Source of the DNA: Eledone cirrhosa
Lineage: Eukaryota
Assembly: GCA_964016885.1 (NCBI GenBank)
Contig: OZ024740.1
Coordinates: forward strand, 438,216,001 to 438,280,000
Direction of reading: 5' to 3'
DNA: 64,000 nt
Of this stretch, positions 1-15,599 are shown in pieces. Within the stretch, counting starts at the first letter, position 1. Every line of letters starts with the position of its first letter. The notes below the pieces were generated by a model. The model did no database searches, was not told the DNA's origin, and saw nothing but the letters and a program-made list of their open reading frames with translations. Both the position numbers and the translations under genes were made by a program.

Positions 1-1699
1 ATAGAACATACCTTTATAGAACACACCTTTATAGTACACATCTTTATAGAACACACCTTAATAGAACATGCCTTTATAGAACAGGCCTTTATAGAACAGG
101 CATTTATAGAACAGACCTTAATAGAAAATACCTTTATAGAACACACATTTATAGACCATACCTTAATAGAACATACTTTTATAGAACACACCTTTATAGA
201 ACATACCTTTATAGAACATAACTTTATATAACACACCTTAATAGAACATACCTTTATAGAACATACCTTTATAGAACACACCTTTATAGAACATGCCTTT
301 ATAGAATATACCTTTCTTGAACATACCTTTATAGAAATGATCTTTATAGAACATAGCTTTATAGTACATACCTTTATAGTACATACCTTAATAGAACATA
401 CCTTTATAGAACATACCTTTATAGAACATACCTTTATAGTACAAACCTTTATAGTACATACCTTTATAGTACATACCTTTATAGAACATACCTTTATTGA
501 ACAGACCTTTATAGAATATAACTTTATAGAACATCCCTTTACAGAACATACCTTTATAGAATAGACCTTTATAGAACATACCTTTATAGAACATACCTTT
601 ATAGAACATACCTTTATAGAACACACCTTTATAGAATAGACCTTTATAGAACATACCTCTATAGAACATACCTTTATAGAATAGACCTTTATAGAACATA
701 CCTTTATAGAACATACCTTTATAGAATAGACCTTTATAGAACATACCTTTTTAGAACACACCTTTATAGAACATACCTTTATAGAACACACCTTTATAGA
801 ACATACCTTTATATTACACAACTTTATAGTACACACCTTTAGCGTACATACCTTAATAGAACATACCTTTATAGAACATATCTTTAGAGAAGATATCTTT
901 ATAGAATAGACTTTTATAGAACATACCTTTATAGAACACACCTTTATAATACATAACTTTATAGAACACACCTTTATAGAACACACCTTTATAGAACATA
1001 CCTTAATAGAACACACCTTTATAGAACTTATCTTTATAGTACATACCTTTATAGAACACACCGTTATAGAACATACCTTTATAAAATATACCTTTATAGA
1101 ATGTACCCTTATAGAACACACCTTTATAGTACATACCTTAAAAGAACATACCTTTATAGAACACACCTTTATAGTACATACATTAATAGAACATACCTTT
1201 ATAGAACATACCTTTATAGAACATACCTTTATAGAACACACCTTTATAGAATACACCTTTATAGAACATACCTTTATAGAACACACCTTTATAGAACATA
1301 CCTTTATAGAACATACCTTTATAGAACAGACCTAAATAGAACATACCTTTATAGAACATACCTTTATAGAACATACCTTTATAGAACATACCTTAATAGA
1401 ACATACCTTTATAGAACATACTTTTATAGTATACACCTTAATAGAACACACCTTTATAGAACACACCTTAATAGAACATGCCATTATAGAACAGACCTTT
1501 ATAGAACATATCTTTATAGAACACACCTTAATAGAACATGCCTTTATAGAAACAGACCTTTATAGAACATACCTCTATAGAACACACCTTAATAGAACAT
1601 GCCTTTATAGAACAGACCTTTATAGAACATACCTTTATAGTACATAACTTTATAGTACATACCTTTATAGTTACTACTTTTATAGAACATATCTTAATA

Positions 1700-3400
1700 G
1701 AACATACCTTTATAGAACACACCTTTATAGAACAGACCTTTATAGAACACACCTTAATAGAACATGCCTTTATAGAACAGGCCTTTATAGAACAGGCCTT
1801 TATAGAACAGACCTTTATAGAAAATACGTTTATAGAACATACCTTTATAGAACATACCTTTATAGAACACACCTTAATAGAACATACCTTTATAGAACAT
1901 AACTTTATAGAACATACCGTTATAGAACATACCTTTATAGAACATACCTTTATAGAATATACCTTTATAGAATATACCTTTATAGAACAGACCTTTATAG
2001 AACATACCTTTATAAAATATACCTTTATAGAATATACCTTTATAGAACATACCTTTAGAGAACATACCTTTATAGAACATACCTTTATAGAAGATACCTT
2101 TATAGAACACACCTTAATAGAACATAGCTTTATAGAACATACCTTTATAGAACATACCTTTATAGAACATACCTTTATAGAACATACCTTTATAGAATAT
2201 ACCTTTATAGAATATACCTTTATAGAACAGACCTTTATAGAACATACCTTTATAGAACATACCTTTATAGAACATACCTTTATAGTTACTAACTTTATAG
2301 AACATACCTTAATAGAACATACCTTTATAGAACACACCTTTATAGAACACACCTTTATAGAACACACCTTAATAGAACATGCCTTTATAGAACAGGCCTT
2401 TATAGAACAGGCCTTTATAGAACACACCTTAATAGAACATGCCTTTATAGAACAGGCCTTTATAGAACATACCTTTATAGTACATACCTTTATAGTATAT
2501 ACCTTAATAGAACATACCTTTATAGAACATACCTTAATAGAACATACCTTTATAGAACACACCTTTATAGAACAGACCTTTATAGAACACACCTTAATAG
2601 AACATGCCTTTATAGAACAGGCCTTTATAGAACAGGCCTTTATAGAACAGACCTTTATAGAAAATACGTTTATAGAACATACCTTTATAGAACATACCTT
2701 TATAGAACACACCTTAATAGAACATAACTTTATAGAACATAACTTTATAGAACATACCGTTATAGAACATACCTTTATAGAACATACCTTTATAGAATAT
2801 ACCTTTATAGAATATACCTTTATAGAACAGACCTTTATAGAACATACCTTTATAGAATATACCTTTATAGAATATACCTTTATAGAACATACCTTTAGAG
2901 AACATACCTTTATAGAACATACCTTTATAGAACATACCTTTATAGAACACACCTTAATAGAACATAGCTTTATAGAACATACCTTTATAGAACATACCTT
3001 TATAGAACATACCTTTATAGAACATACCTTTATAGAATATACCTTTATAGAATATACCTTTATAGAACAGACCTTTATAGAACATACCTTTATAGAACAT
3101 ACCTTTATAGAACATACCTTTATAGTTACTAACTTTATAGAACATACCTTAATAGAACATACCTTTATAGAACACACCTTTATAGAACACACCTTTATAG
3201 AACACACCTTAATAGAACATGCCTTTATAGAACAGGCCTTTATAGAACAGGCCTTTATAGAACACACCTTAATAGAACATGCCTTTATAGAACAGGCCTT
3301 TATAGAACATACCTTTATAGTACATACCTTTATAGTATATACCTTAATAGAACATACCTTTATAGAACATACCTTAATAGAACATACCTTTATAGAACAC
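1700..3400. repeat. Higher-order duplication, period 840 bp (56 monomers), 2 copies
   Basis: The same variant order recurs at +840: lines 1741/2581 (catgcc-caggcc-caggcc-aaaatacgtt) and 2281/3121 (gttactaact). ORF-track offsets 1874->2714 and 2114->2954 agree. Confidence 0.9.
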
Positions 3401-5300
3401 ACCTTTATAGAACATACCTTTATAGAACATACCTTTATAGAATATACCTTTATAGAACAAACCTTTCTAGAACATAACTTTATAGAACACACCTTAATAG
3501 AACATACCTTTATAGAACATACCTTTATAGAACATACCTTCGTAGAACATACCTTTATAGAACATACCTTTATAGAATATACCTTTATAGAATATACCTT
3601 TATAGAACAGACCTTTATAGAACATACCTTTATAGAACATACCTTTATAGAATATACCTTTATAGAACATACCTTTAGAGAACATACCTTTATAGAATAT
3701 AACTTTATAGAACATACCTTTATAGAACACACCTTAATAGAACATACCTTTATAGAACATACCTTTATAGAACATACCTTTATAGAACATACCTTTATAG
3801 AACATACCTTAATAGAACATACCTTTATAGAACACACCTTTATAGAACACACCTTTATAGAACACACCTTAATAGAACATGCCTTTATAGAACAGGCCTT
3901 TATAGAACAGGCCTTTATAGAACACACCTTAATAGAACATGCCTTTATAGAACAGGCCTTTATAGAACATACCTTTATAGTACATACCTTTATAGTATAT
4001 ACCTTAATAGAACATACCTTTATAGAACATACCTTAATAGAACATACCTTTATAGAACACACCTTTATAGAACAGACCTTTATAGAACACACCTTAATAG
4101 AACATGCCTTTATAGAACAGGCCTTTATAGAACAGGCCTTTATAGAACAGACCTTTATAGAAAATACGTTTATAGAACATACCTTTATAGAACATACCTT
4201 TATAGAACACACCTTAATAGAACATAACTTTATAGAACATAACTTTATAGAACATACCGTTATAGAACATACCTTTATAGAACATACCTTTATAGAATAT
4301 ACCTTTATAGAATATACCTTTATAGAACAGACCTTTATAGAACATACCTTTATAGAATATACCTTTATAGAATATACCTTTATAGAACATACCTTTAGAG
4401 AACATACCTTTATAGAACATACCTTTATAGAACATACCTTTATAGAACACACCTTAATAGAACATAGCTTTATAGAACATACCTTTATAGAACATACCTT
4501 TATAGAACATACCTTTATAGAACATACCTTTATAGAATATACCTTTATAGAATATACCTTTATAGAGCAGACCTTTATAGAACATACCTTTATAGAACAT
4601 ACCTTTATAGAACATACCTTTATAGTTACTAACTTTATAGAACATACCTTAATAGAACATACCTTTATAGAACACACCTTTATAGAACACACCTTTATAG
4701 AACACACCTTAATAGAACATGCCTTTATAGAACAGGCCTTTATAGAACAGGCCTTTATAGAACACACCTTAATAGAACATGCCTTTATAGAACAGGCCTT
4801 TATAGAACATACCTTTATAGTACATACCTTTATAGTATATACCTTAATAGAACATACCTTTATAGAACATACCTCAATAGAACATACCTTTATAGAACAC
4901 ACCTTTATAGAACATACCTTTATAGAACATACCTTTATAGAATATACCTTTATAGAACAAACCTTTCTAGAACATAACTTTATAGAACACACCTTAATAG
5001 AACATACCTTTATAGAACATACCTTTATAGAACATACCTTCGTAGAACATACCTTTATAGAACATACCTTTATAGAATATACCTTTATAGAATATACCTT
5101 TATAGAACAGACCTTTATAGAACATACCTTTATAGAACATACCTTTATAGAATATACCTTTATAGAACATACCTTTAGAGAACATACCTTTATAGAATAT
5201 AACTTTATAGAACATACCTTTATAGAACACATCTTAATAGAACATACCTTTATAGAACATACCTTTATAGAACATACCTTTATAGAACATACCTTTATAG
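2300..5300. repeat. Higher-order duplication, period 1500 bp (100 monomers), overlapping the 840-bp unit
   Basis: Rare variants recur at +1500: ttcgtag 3540/5040, tttctag 3464/4964, gttactaact 3125/4625. ORF offsets 2714->4214, 2954->4454 and 3494->4994 agree. Confidence 0.9.
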
Positions 5301-8300
5301 AACATACCTTTATAGAATATACCTTTATAGAATATATCTTTATAGAACATACCTTTATAGAACATACCTTTATAGAACATAACTTTACAGAACATAACTT
5401 TATAGAACACACCTTTATAGAACATACCTTTATAGAATATACCTTTCTAGAACATACCTTTATAGAACAGATCTTTATAGAACATACCTTTATAGTACAT
5501 ACCCCTATAGTACATACCTTAATAGAACATACCTTTATAGAAAATATCTTTATAGAACAGACCTTTATAGAACATACCTTTATAGTACATACCTTTATAG
5601 TACATACCTTAATAGAACATACCTTTATAGAACATAGCTTTATAGAACACCTTAATAGAACACACCTTTATAGAACATAGCTTAATAGAACATACCTTTA
5701 TAGAACAGACCTTTATAGAACATACCTTATTGAACAGACCTTTATAGAATATACCTTTATAGAACATCCCTTTATAGAACATACCTTTATAGAATAGACC
5801 TTTATAGAAAAGACCTTTATAGAACATACCTTTATAGAACATACCTTTATAGAACACACCTTTATAGAATAGACCTTTATAGAACATACCTCTATAGAAC
5901 ATACCTTTATAGAATAGACCTTTATAGAACATACCTTTATAGAACATACCTTTATAGAATAGACCTTTATAGAACATACCTTTATAGAGCACACCTTTAT
6001 AGAACATACCTTTATAGAACACACCTTTATAGAACATACCTTTATATTACACAACTTTATAGTACACACCTTTAGCGTACATACCTTAATAGAACATACA
6101 TTTATAGAACATATCTTTAGAGAAGATATCTTTATAGAATAGACCTTTATAGAACATACCTTTATAGAACACACCTTTATAATACATAACTTTATAGAAC
6201 ACACCTTTATAGAACACACCTTTATAGAACATACCTTAATAGAACACACCCTTATAGAACATATCTTTATAGTACATACCTTTATAGAACACACCTTTAT
6301 AGAACATACCGTTATAGAACATAACTTTATAGAACATACTGTTATAGAACATACCTTTATAGAACATACCTTTATAGAATATACCTTTATAGAATATACC
6401 TTTATAGAACAGACCTTTATAGAACATACCTTTATAGAATATACCTTTATAGAATATACCTTTATAGAACATACCTTTATAGAACATACCTTTATAGAAC
6501 ACACCTTAATAGAACATACCTTTATAGAACATAACTTTATAGAACATACCGTTATAGAACATACCTTTATAGAACATACCTTTATAGAATATACCTTTAT
6601 AGAATATACCTTTATAGAACAGACCTTTATAGAACATACCTTTATAGAATATACCTTTATAGAATATACCTTTATAGAACATACCTTTAGAGAACATATC
6701 TTTATAGAACATACCTTTATAGAACATACCTTTATAGAACACACCTTAATAGAACATGCCTTTATAGAACAGGCCTTTATAGAACAGGCCTTTATAGAAC
6801 AGACCTTTATAGAAAATACGTTTATAGAACATACCTTTATAGAACATACCTTTATAGAACACACCTTAATAGAACATAACTTTATAGAACATAACTTTAT
6901 AGAACATACCGTTATAGAACATACCTTTATAGAACATACCTTTATAGAATATACCTTTATAGAATATACCTTTATAGAACAGACCTTTATAGAACATACC
7001 TTTATAGAATATACCTTTATAGAATATACCTTTATAGAACATACCTTTAGAGAACATACCTTTATAGAACATACCTTTATAGAACATACCTTTATAGAAC
7101 ACACCTTAATAGAACATAGCTTTATAGAACATACCTTTATAGAACATACCTTTATAGAACATACCTTTATAGAACATACCTTTATAGAATATACCTTTAT
7201 AGAATATACCTTTATAGAACAGACCTTTATAGAACATACCTTTATAGAACATACCGTTATAGAACATACCTTTATAGTTACTAACTTTATAGAACATACC
7301 TTAATAGAACATACCTTTATAGAACACACCTTTATAGAACACACCTTTATAGAACACACCTTAATAGAACATGCCTTTATAGAACAGGCCTTTATAGAAC
7401 AGGCCTTTATAGAACACACCTTAATAGAACATGCCTTTATAGAACAGGCCTTTATAGAACATACCTTTATAGTACATACCTTTATAGTATATACCTTAAT
7501 AGAACATACCTTTATAGAACATACCTTAATAGAACATACCTTTATAGAACACACCTTTATAGAACATACCTTTATAGAACATACCTTTATGGAATATACC
7601 TTTATAGAACAAACCTTTCTAGAACATAACTTTATAGAACACACCTTAATAGAACATACCTTTATAGAACATACCTTTATAGAACATACCTTCGTAGAAC
7701 ATACCTTTATAGAACATACCTTTATAGAATATACCTTTATAGAATATACCTTTATAGAACAGACCTTTATAGAACATACCTTTATAGAACATACCTTTAT
7801 AGAATATACCTTTATAGAACATACCTTTAGAGAACATACCTTTATAGAATATAACTTTATAGAACATACCTTTATAGAACACATCTTAATAGAACATACC
7901 TTTATAGAACATACCTTTATAGAACATACCTTTATAGAACATACCTTTATAGAACATACCTTTATAGAATATACCTTTATAGAATATATCTTTATAGAAC
8001 ATACCTTTATAGAACATACCTTTATAGAACATAACTTTACAGAACATAACTTTATAGAACACACCTTTATAGAACATACCTTTATAGAATATACCTTTCT
8101 AGAACATACCTTTATAGAACAGATCTTTATAGAACATACCTTTATAGTACATACCCCTATAGTACATACCTTAATAGAACATACCTTTATAGAAAATATC
8201 TTTATAGAACAGACCTTTATAGAACATACCTTTATAGTACATACCTTTATAGTACATACCTTAATAGAACATACCTTTATAGAACATAGCTTTATAGAAC

Positions 8301-9394
8301 ACCTTAATAGAACACACCTTTATAGAACATAGCTTAATAGAACATACCTTTATAGAACAGACCTTTATAGAACATACCTTATTGAACAGACCTTTATAGA
8401 ATATACCTTTATAGAACATCCCTTTATAGAACATACCTTTATAGAATAGACCTTTATAGAAAAGACCTTTATAGAACATACCTTTATAGAACATACCTTT
8501 ATAGAACACACCTTTATAGAATAGACCTTTATAGAACATACCTCTATAGAACATACCTTTATAGAATAGACCTTTATAGAACATACCTTTATAGAACATA
8601 CCTTTATAGAATAGACCTTTATAGAACATACCTTTATAGAGCACACCTTTATAGAACATACCTTTATAGAACACACCTTTATAGAACATACCTTTATATT
8701 ACACAACTTTATAGTACACACCTTTAGCGTACATACCTTAATAGAACATACATTTATAGAACATATCTTTAGAGAAGATATCTTTATAGAATAGACCTTT
8801 ATAGAACATACCTTTATAGAACACACCTTTATAATACATAACTTTATAGAACACACCTTTATAGAACACACCTTTATAGAACATACCTTAATAGAACACA
8901 CCCTTATAGAACATATCTTTATAGTACATACCTTTATAGAACACACCTTTATAGAACATACCGTTATAGAACATAACTTTATAGAACATACTGTTATAGA
9001 ACATACCTTTATAGAACATAACTTTATAGAATATACCTTTATAGAATATACCTTTATAGAACAGACCTTTATAGAACATACCTTTATAGAATATACCTTT
9101 ATAGAATATACCTTTATAGAACATACCTTTATAGAACATACCTTTATAGAACACACCTTAATAGAACATACCTTTATAGAACATAACTTTATAGAACATA
9201 CCGTTATAGAACATACCTTTATAGAACATACCTTTATAGAATATACCTTTATAGAATATACCTTTATAGAACAGACCTTTATAGAACATACCTTTATAGA
9301 ATATACCTTTATAGAATATACCTTTATAGAACATACCTTTAGAGAACATACCTTTATAGAACATACCTTTATAGAACATACCTTTATAGAACAC
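4070..9394. repeat. Higher-order duplication, period 2652 bp (177 monomers minus 3 bp)
   Basis: ORF offsets 4214->6866, 4994->7646, 5609->8261 and 6236->8888 all equal 2652. The -2 deletion (aacaccttaat, ~5648/8300) and the -1 deletion (ccttattgaac, ~5728/8380) are shared. Confidence 0.92.
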
Positions 9395-12300
9395 ACCTTA
9401 ATAGAACATAGCTTTATAGAACATACCTTTATAGAACATACCTTTATAGAACATACCTTTATAGAACATACCTTTATAGAATATACCTTTATAGAATATA
9501 CGTTTATAGAACAGACCTTTATAGAACATACCTTTATAGAACATACCTTTATAGAACATACCTTTATAGTTACTAACTTTATAGAACATACCTTAATAGA
9601 ACATACCTTTATAGAACACACCTTTATAGAACACACCTTTATAGAACACACCTCAATAGAACATGCCTTTATAGAACAGGCCTTTATAGAACAGGCCTTT
9701 ATAGAACAAACCTTTATAGAACATACCTTTATAGAACACACCTTAATAGAACATGCCTTTATAGAACAGGCCTTTATAGAACATACCTTTATAGTACATA
9801 CCTTTATAGTATATACCTTAATAGAACATACCTTTATAGAACATACCTTTATAGAACAGACCTTTATAGAACATACCTTTATAGTACATAACTTTATAGT
9901 ACATACCTTTATAGTTACTAACTTTATAGAACATACCTTAATAGAACATACCTTTATAGAACACACCTTTATAGAACAGACCTTTATAGAACATACCTTT
10001 ATAGAATATACCTTTATAGAACAAACCTTTCTAGAACATACCTTTATAGAACACACCTTAATAGAACATACCTTTATAGAACATACCTTTATAGAACATA
10101 CCTTCATAGAACATACCTTTATATAACATACCTTTATAGAATATACCTTTATAGAATATATCTTTATAGAACAGACCTTTATAGAACATACCTTTACAGA
10201 ATATACCTTTATAGAATATACCTTTATAGAACATACCTTTAGAGAACATACCTTTATAGAACATACCTTTATAGAACATACCTTTATAGAACACACCTTA
10301 ATAGAACATACCTTTATAGAACATACCTTTATAGAACATACCTTTATAGAACATACCTTTATAGAACATACCTTTATAGAATATACCTTTATAGAATAGA
10401 TCTTTATAGAACATACCTTTATAGAACATACCTTTATAGAACATAACTTTATAGCACATAACTTTATAGAACACACCTTTATAGAACATACCTTTATAGA
10501 ACACACCTTTATAGAACACACCTTTATAGAACACACCTTAATAGAACATGCCTTTATAGAACAGGCCTTTATAGAACAGGCCTTTATAGAACACACCTTA
10601 ATAGAACATGCCTTTATAGAACAGGCCTTTATAGAACATACCTTTATAGTACATACCTTTATAGTATATACCTTAATAGAACATACCTTTATAGAACATA
10701 CCTTAATAGAACATACCTTTATAGAACACACCTTTATAGAACATACCTTTATAGAACATACCTTTATAGAATATACCTTTATAGAACAAACCTTTCTAGA
10801 ACATAACTTTATAGAACACACCTTAATAGAACATACCTTTATAGAACATACCTTTATAGAACATACCTTCGTAGAACATACCTTTATAGAACATACCTTT
10901 ATAGAATATACCTTTATAGAATATACCTTTATAGAACAGACCTTTATAGAACATACCTTTATAGAACATACCTTTATAGAATATACCTTTATAGAACATA
11001 CCTTTAGAGAACATACCTTTATAGAATATAACTTTATAGAACATACCTTTATAGAACACATCTTAATAGAACATACCTTTATAGAACATACCTTTATAGA
11101 ACATACCTTTATAGAACATACCTTTATAGAACATACCTTTATAGAATATACCTTTATAGAATATATCTTTATAGAACATACCTTTATAGAACATACCTTT
11201 ATAGAACATAACTTTACAGAACATAACTTTATAGAACACACCTTTATAGAACATACCTTTATAGAATATACCTTTCTAGAACATACCTTTATAGAACAGA
11301 TCTTTATAGAACATACCTTTATAGTACATACCCCTATAGTACATACCTTAATAGAACATACCTTTATAGAAAATATCTTTATAGAACAGACCTTTATAGA
11401 ACATACCTTTATAGTACATACCTTTATAGTACATACCTTAATAGAACATACCTTTATAGAACATAGCTTTATAGAACACCTTAATAGAACACACCTTTAT
11501 AGAACATAGCTTAATAGAACATACCTTTATAGAACAGACCTTTATAGAACATACCTTATTGAACAGACCTTTATAGAATATACCTTTATAGAACATCCCT
11601 TTATAGAACATACCTTTATAGAATAGACCTTTATAGAAAAGACCTTTATAGAACATACCTTTATAGAACATACCTTTATAGAACACACCTTTATAGAATA
11701 GACCTTTATAGAACATACCTCTATAGAACATACCTTTATAGAATAGACCTTTATAGAACATACCTTTATAGAACATACCTTTATAGAATAGACCTTTATA
11801 GAACATACCTTTATAGAGCACACCTTTATAGAACATACCTTTATAGAACACACCTTTATAGAACATACCTTTATATTACACAACTTTATAGTACACACCT
11901 TTAGCGTACATACCTTAATAGAACATACATTTATAGAACATATCTTTAGAGAAGATATCTTTATAGAATAGACCTTTATAGAACATACCTTTATAGAACA
12001 CACCTTTATAATACATAACTTTATAGAACACACCTTTATAGAACACACCTTTATAGAACATACCTTAATAGAACACACCCTTATAGAACATATCTTTATA
12101 GTACATACCTTTATAGAACACACCTTTATAGAACATACCGTTATAGAACATAACTTTATAGAACATACTGTTATAGAACATACCTTTATAGAACATAACT
12201 TTATAGAATATACCTTTATAGAATATACCTTTATAGAACAGACCTTTATAGAACATACCTTTATAGAATATACCTTTATAGAATATACCTTTATAGAACA

Positions 12301-13670
12301 TACCTTTATAGAACATACCTTTATAGAACACACCTTAATAGAACATACCTTTATAGAACATAACTTTATAGAACATACCGTTATAGAACATACCTTTATA
12401 GAACATACCTTTATAGAATATACCTTTATAGAATATACCTTTATAGAACAGACCTTTATAGAACATACCTTTATAGAATATACCTTTATAGAATATACCT
12501 TTATAGAACATACCTTTAGAGAACATACCTTTATAGAACATACCTTTATAGAACATACCTTTATAGAACACACCTTAATAGAACATAGCTTTATAGAACA
12601 TACCTTTATAGAACATACCTTTATAGAACATACCTTTATAGAACATACCTTTATAGAATATACCTTTATAGAATATACGTTTATAGAACAGACCTTTATA
12701 GAACATACCTTTATAGAACATACCTTTATAGAACATACCTTTATAGTTACTAACTTTATAGAACATACCTTAATAGAACATACCTTTATAGAACACACCT
12801 TTATAGAACACACCTTTATAGAACACACCTCAATAGAACATGCCTTTATAGAACAGGCCTTTATAGAACAGGCCTTTATAGAACAAACCTTTATAGAACA
12901 TACCTTTATAGAACACACCTTAATAGAACATGCCTTTATAGAACAGGCCTTTATAGAACATACCTTTATAGTACATACCTTTATAGTATATACCTTAATA
13001 GAACATACCTTTATAGAACATACCTTTATAGAACAGACCTTTATAGAACATACCTTTATAGTACATAACTTTATAGTACATACCTTTATAGTTACTAACT
13101 TTATAGAACATACCTTAATAGAACATACCTTTATAGAACACACCTTTATAGAACAGACCTTTATAGAACATACCTTTATAGAATATACCTTTATAGAACA
13201 AACCTTTCTAGAACATACCTTTATAGAACACACCTTAATAGAACATACCTTTATAGAACATACCTTTATAGAACATACCTTCATAGAACATACCTTTATA
13301 TAACATACCTTTATAGAATATACCTTTATAGAATATATCTTTATAGAACAGACCTTTATAGAACATACCTTTACAGAATATACCTTTATAGAATATACCT
13401 TTATAGAACATACCTTTAGAGAACATACCTTTATAGAACATACCTTTATAGAACATACCTTTATAGAACACACCTTAATAGAACATACCTTTATAGAACA
13501 TACCTTTATAGAACATACCTTTATAGAACATACCTTTATAGAACATACCTTTATAGAATATACCTTTATAGAATAGATCTTTATAGAACATACCTTTATA
13601 GAACATACCTTTATAGAACATAACTTTATAGCACATAACTTTATAGAACACACCTTTATAGAACATACCT
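7310..13670. repeat. Higher-order duplication, period 3177 bp (212 monomers minus 3 bp)
   Basis: ORF offsets 7646->10823, 8261->11438, 8888->12065, 9398->12575 and 10058->13235 all equal 3177. The same -2/-1 deletion pair recurs at ~11477/11557. Confidence 0.92.
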
Positions 13671-15599
13671 TTATAGAATATACCTTTCTAGAACATACCT
13701 TTATAGAACAGATCTTTATAGAACATACCTTTATAGTACATACCTTTATAGTACATACCTTAATAGAACATACCTTTATAGAACATAGCTTTATAGAACA
13801 CACCTTAATAGAACACACCTTTATAGAACATAGCTTAATAGAACATACCTTTATAGAACAGACCTTTATAGAACATACCTTTATTGAACAGACCTTTATA
13901 GAATATACCTTTATAGAACATCCCTTTATAGAACATACCTTTATAGAATAGACCTTTATAGAAAAGACCTTTATAGAACATACCTTTATAGAACATACCT
14001 TTATAGAACACACCTTTATAGAATAGACCATTATAGAACATACCTCTATAGAACATACCTTTATAGAATAGACCTTTATAGAACATACCTTTATAGAACA
14101 TACCTTTATAGAATAGACCTTTATAGAACATACCTTTATAGAACACACCTTTATAGAACATACCTTTATAGAACACACCTTTATAGAACATACCTTTATA
14201 TTACACAACTTTATAGTACACACCTTTAGCGTACATACCTTAATAGAACATACCTTTATAGAACATATCTTTAGAGAAGATATCTTTATAGAATAGACCT
14301 TTATAGAACATACCTTTATAGAACACACCTTTATAATACATAACTTTATAGAACACACCTTTATAGAACACACCTTTATAGAACATACCTTAATAGAACA
14401 CACACTTATAGAACTTATCTTTATAGTAGATACCTTTATAGAACACACCTTTATAGAACATACCTTTATAAAATATACCTTTATAGAATGTACCCTTATA
14501 GAACACACCTTTATAGTACATATCTTAAAAGAACATACCTTTATAGAACACACCTTTATAGTACATACATTAATAGAACATACCTTAATAGAACATACCT
14601 TTATAGAACATACCTTTATAGAACATACCTTTATTATTATTACCTTTATAGAACACTCCTTTATAGAATACACCTTTATAGAACATACCTTTATAGAACA
14701 CACCTTTATAGAACATACCTTTATAGAACAGACCTTTATAGTTATTACCTTTATAGAACACTCCTTTATAGAATACACCTTTATAGAACATACCTTAACC
14801 GAACATACCTTTATAGAACATACCTTTATAGAATACACCTTAATAGAACACACCTTTATAGAATACATCTTAATAGAACATGCCATTATAGAACAGACCT
14901 TTATAGAACATATCTTTATAGAACACACCTTAATAGAACATGCCTTTATAGAACAGACCTTTATAGAACATACCTTTATAGAACACACCTTTATAGAACA
15001 GACATTTATAGTTATTACCTTCATAGAACACACCTTTATAGAACAGACCTTTATAGTTATTACCTTTATAGAACACACCTTTATAGAACATACCTTTATA
15101 GAACATACCTTTATAGAACAGACCTTTATAGAACATACTTTAATAGAACATGCCTTTATAGAACAGACCTTTATAGAACACACCTTTATCGAACATACCT
15201 TTATAGAACATAACTTTATAGAACATACCTTTATAGAACATACCTTTATAGAACACACCTTTATAGAACAGACCTTTATAGAACATACCTTCATAGAACA
15301 CACCTTTATAGAACACACCTTTTTAGAACATACCTTCATAGAACATACCTTTATAGAACATACCTTTATAGAACACACCTTTATAGAACAGACCTTTATA
15401 GAACATACCTTTATAGAACACACCTTTAAAGAACAAACCTTTATAAAACATACCTTTATAGAATATACCATTATAGAACAGACCTTTATAGAACATACCT
15501 TTATAGAACAAACCTTTATAGAACAGGCCTTTATAGAAAAGACCTTTATAGAACACACCTTTATAGAACAGACCTTCAATACAACATACCTTCATAGAA

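Noticed and set aside
3464-13692. TTCTAGAA variants resembling heat-shock element cores
   Set aside because: Each has only two inverted nGAAn units, whereas a canonical HSE needs three. The ~10 copies derive from single substitutions spread by duplication.
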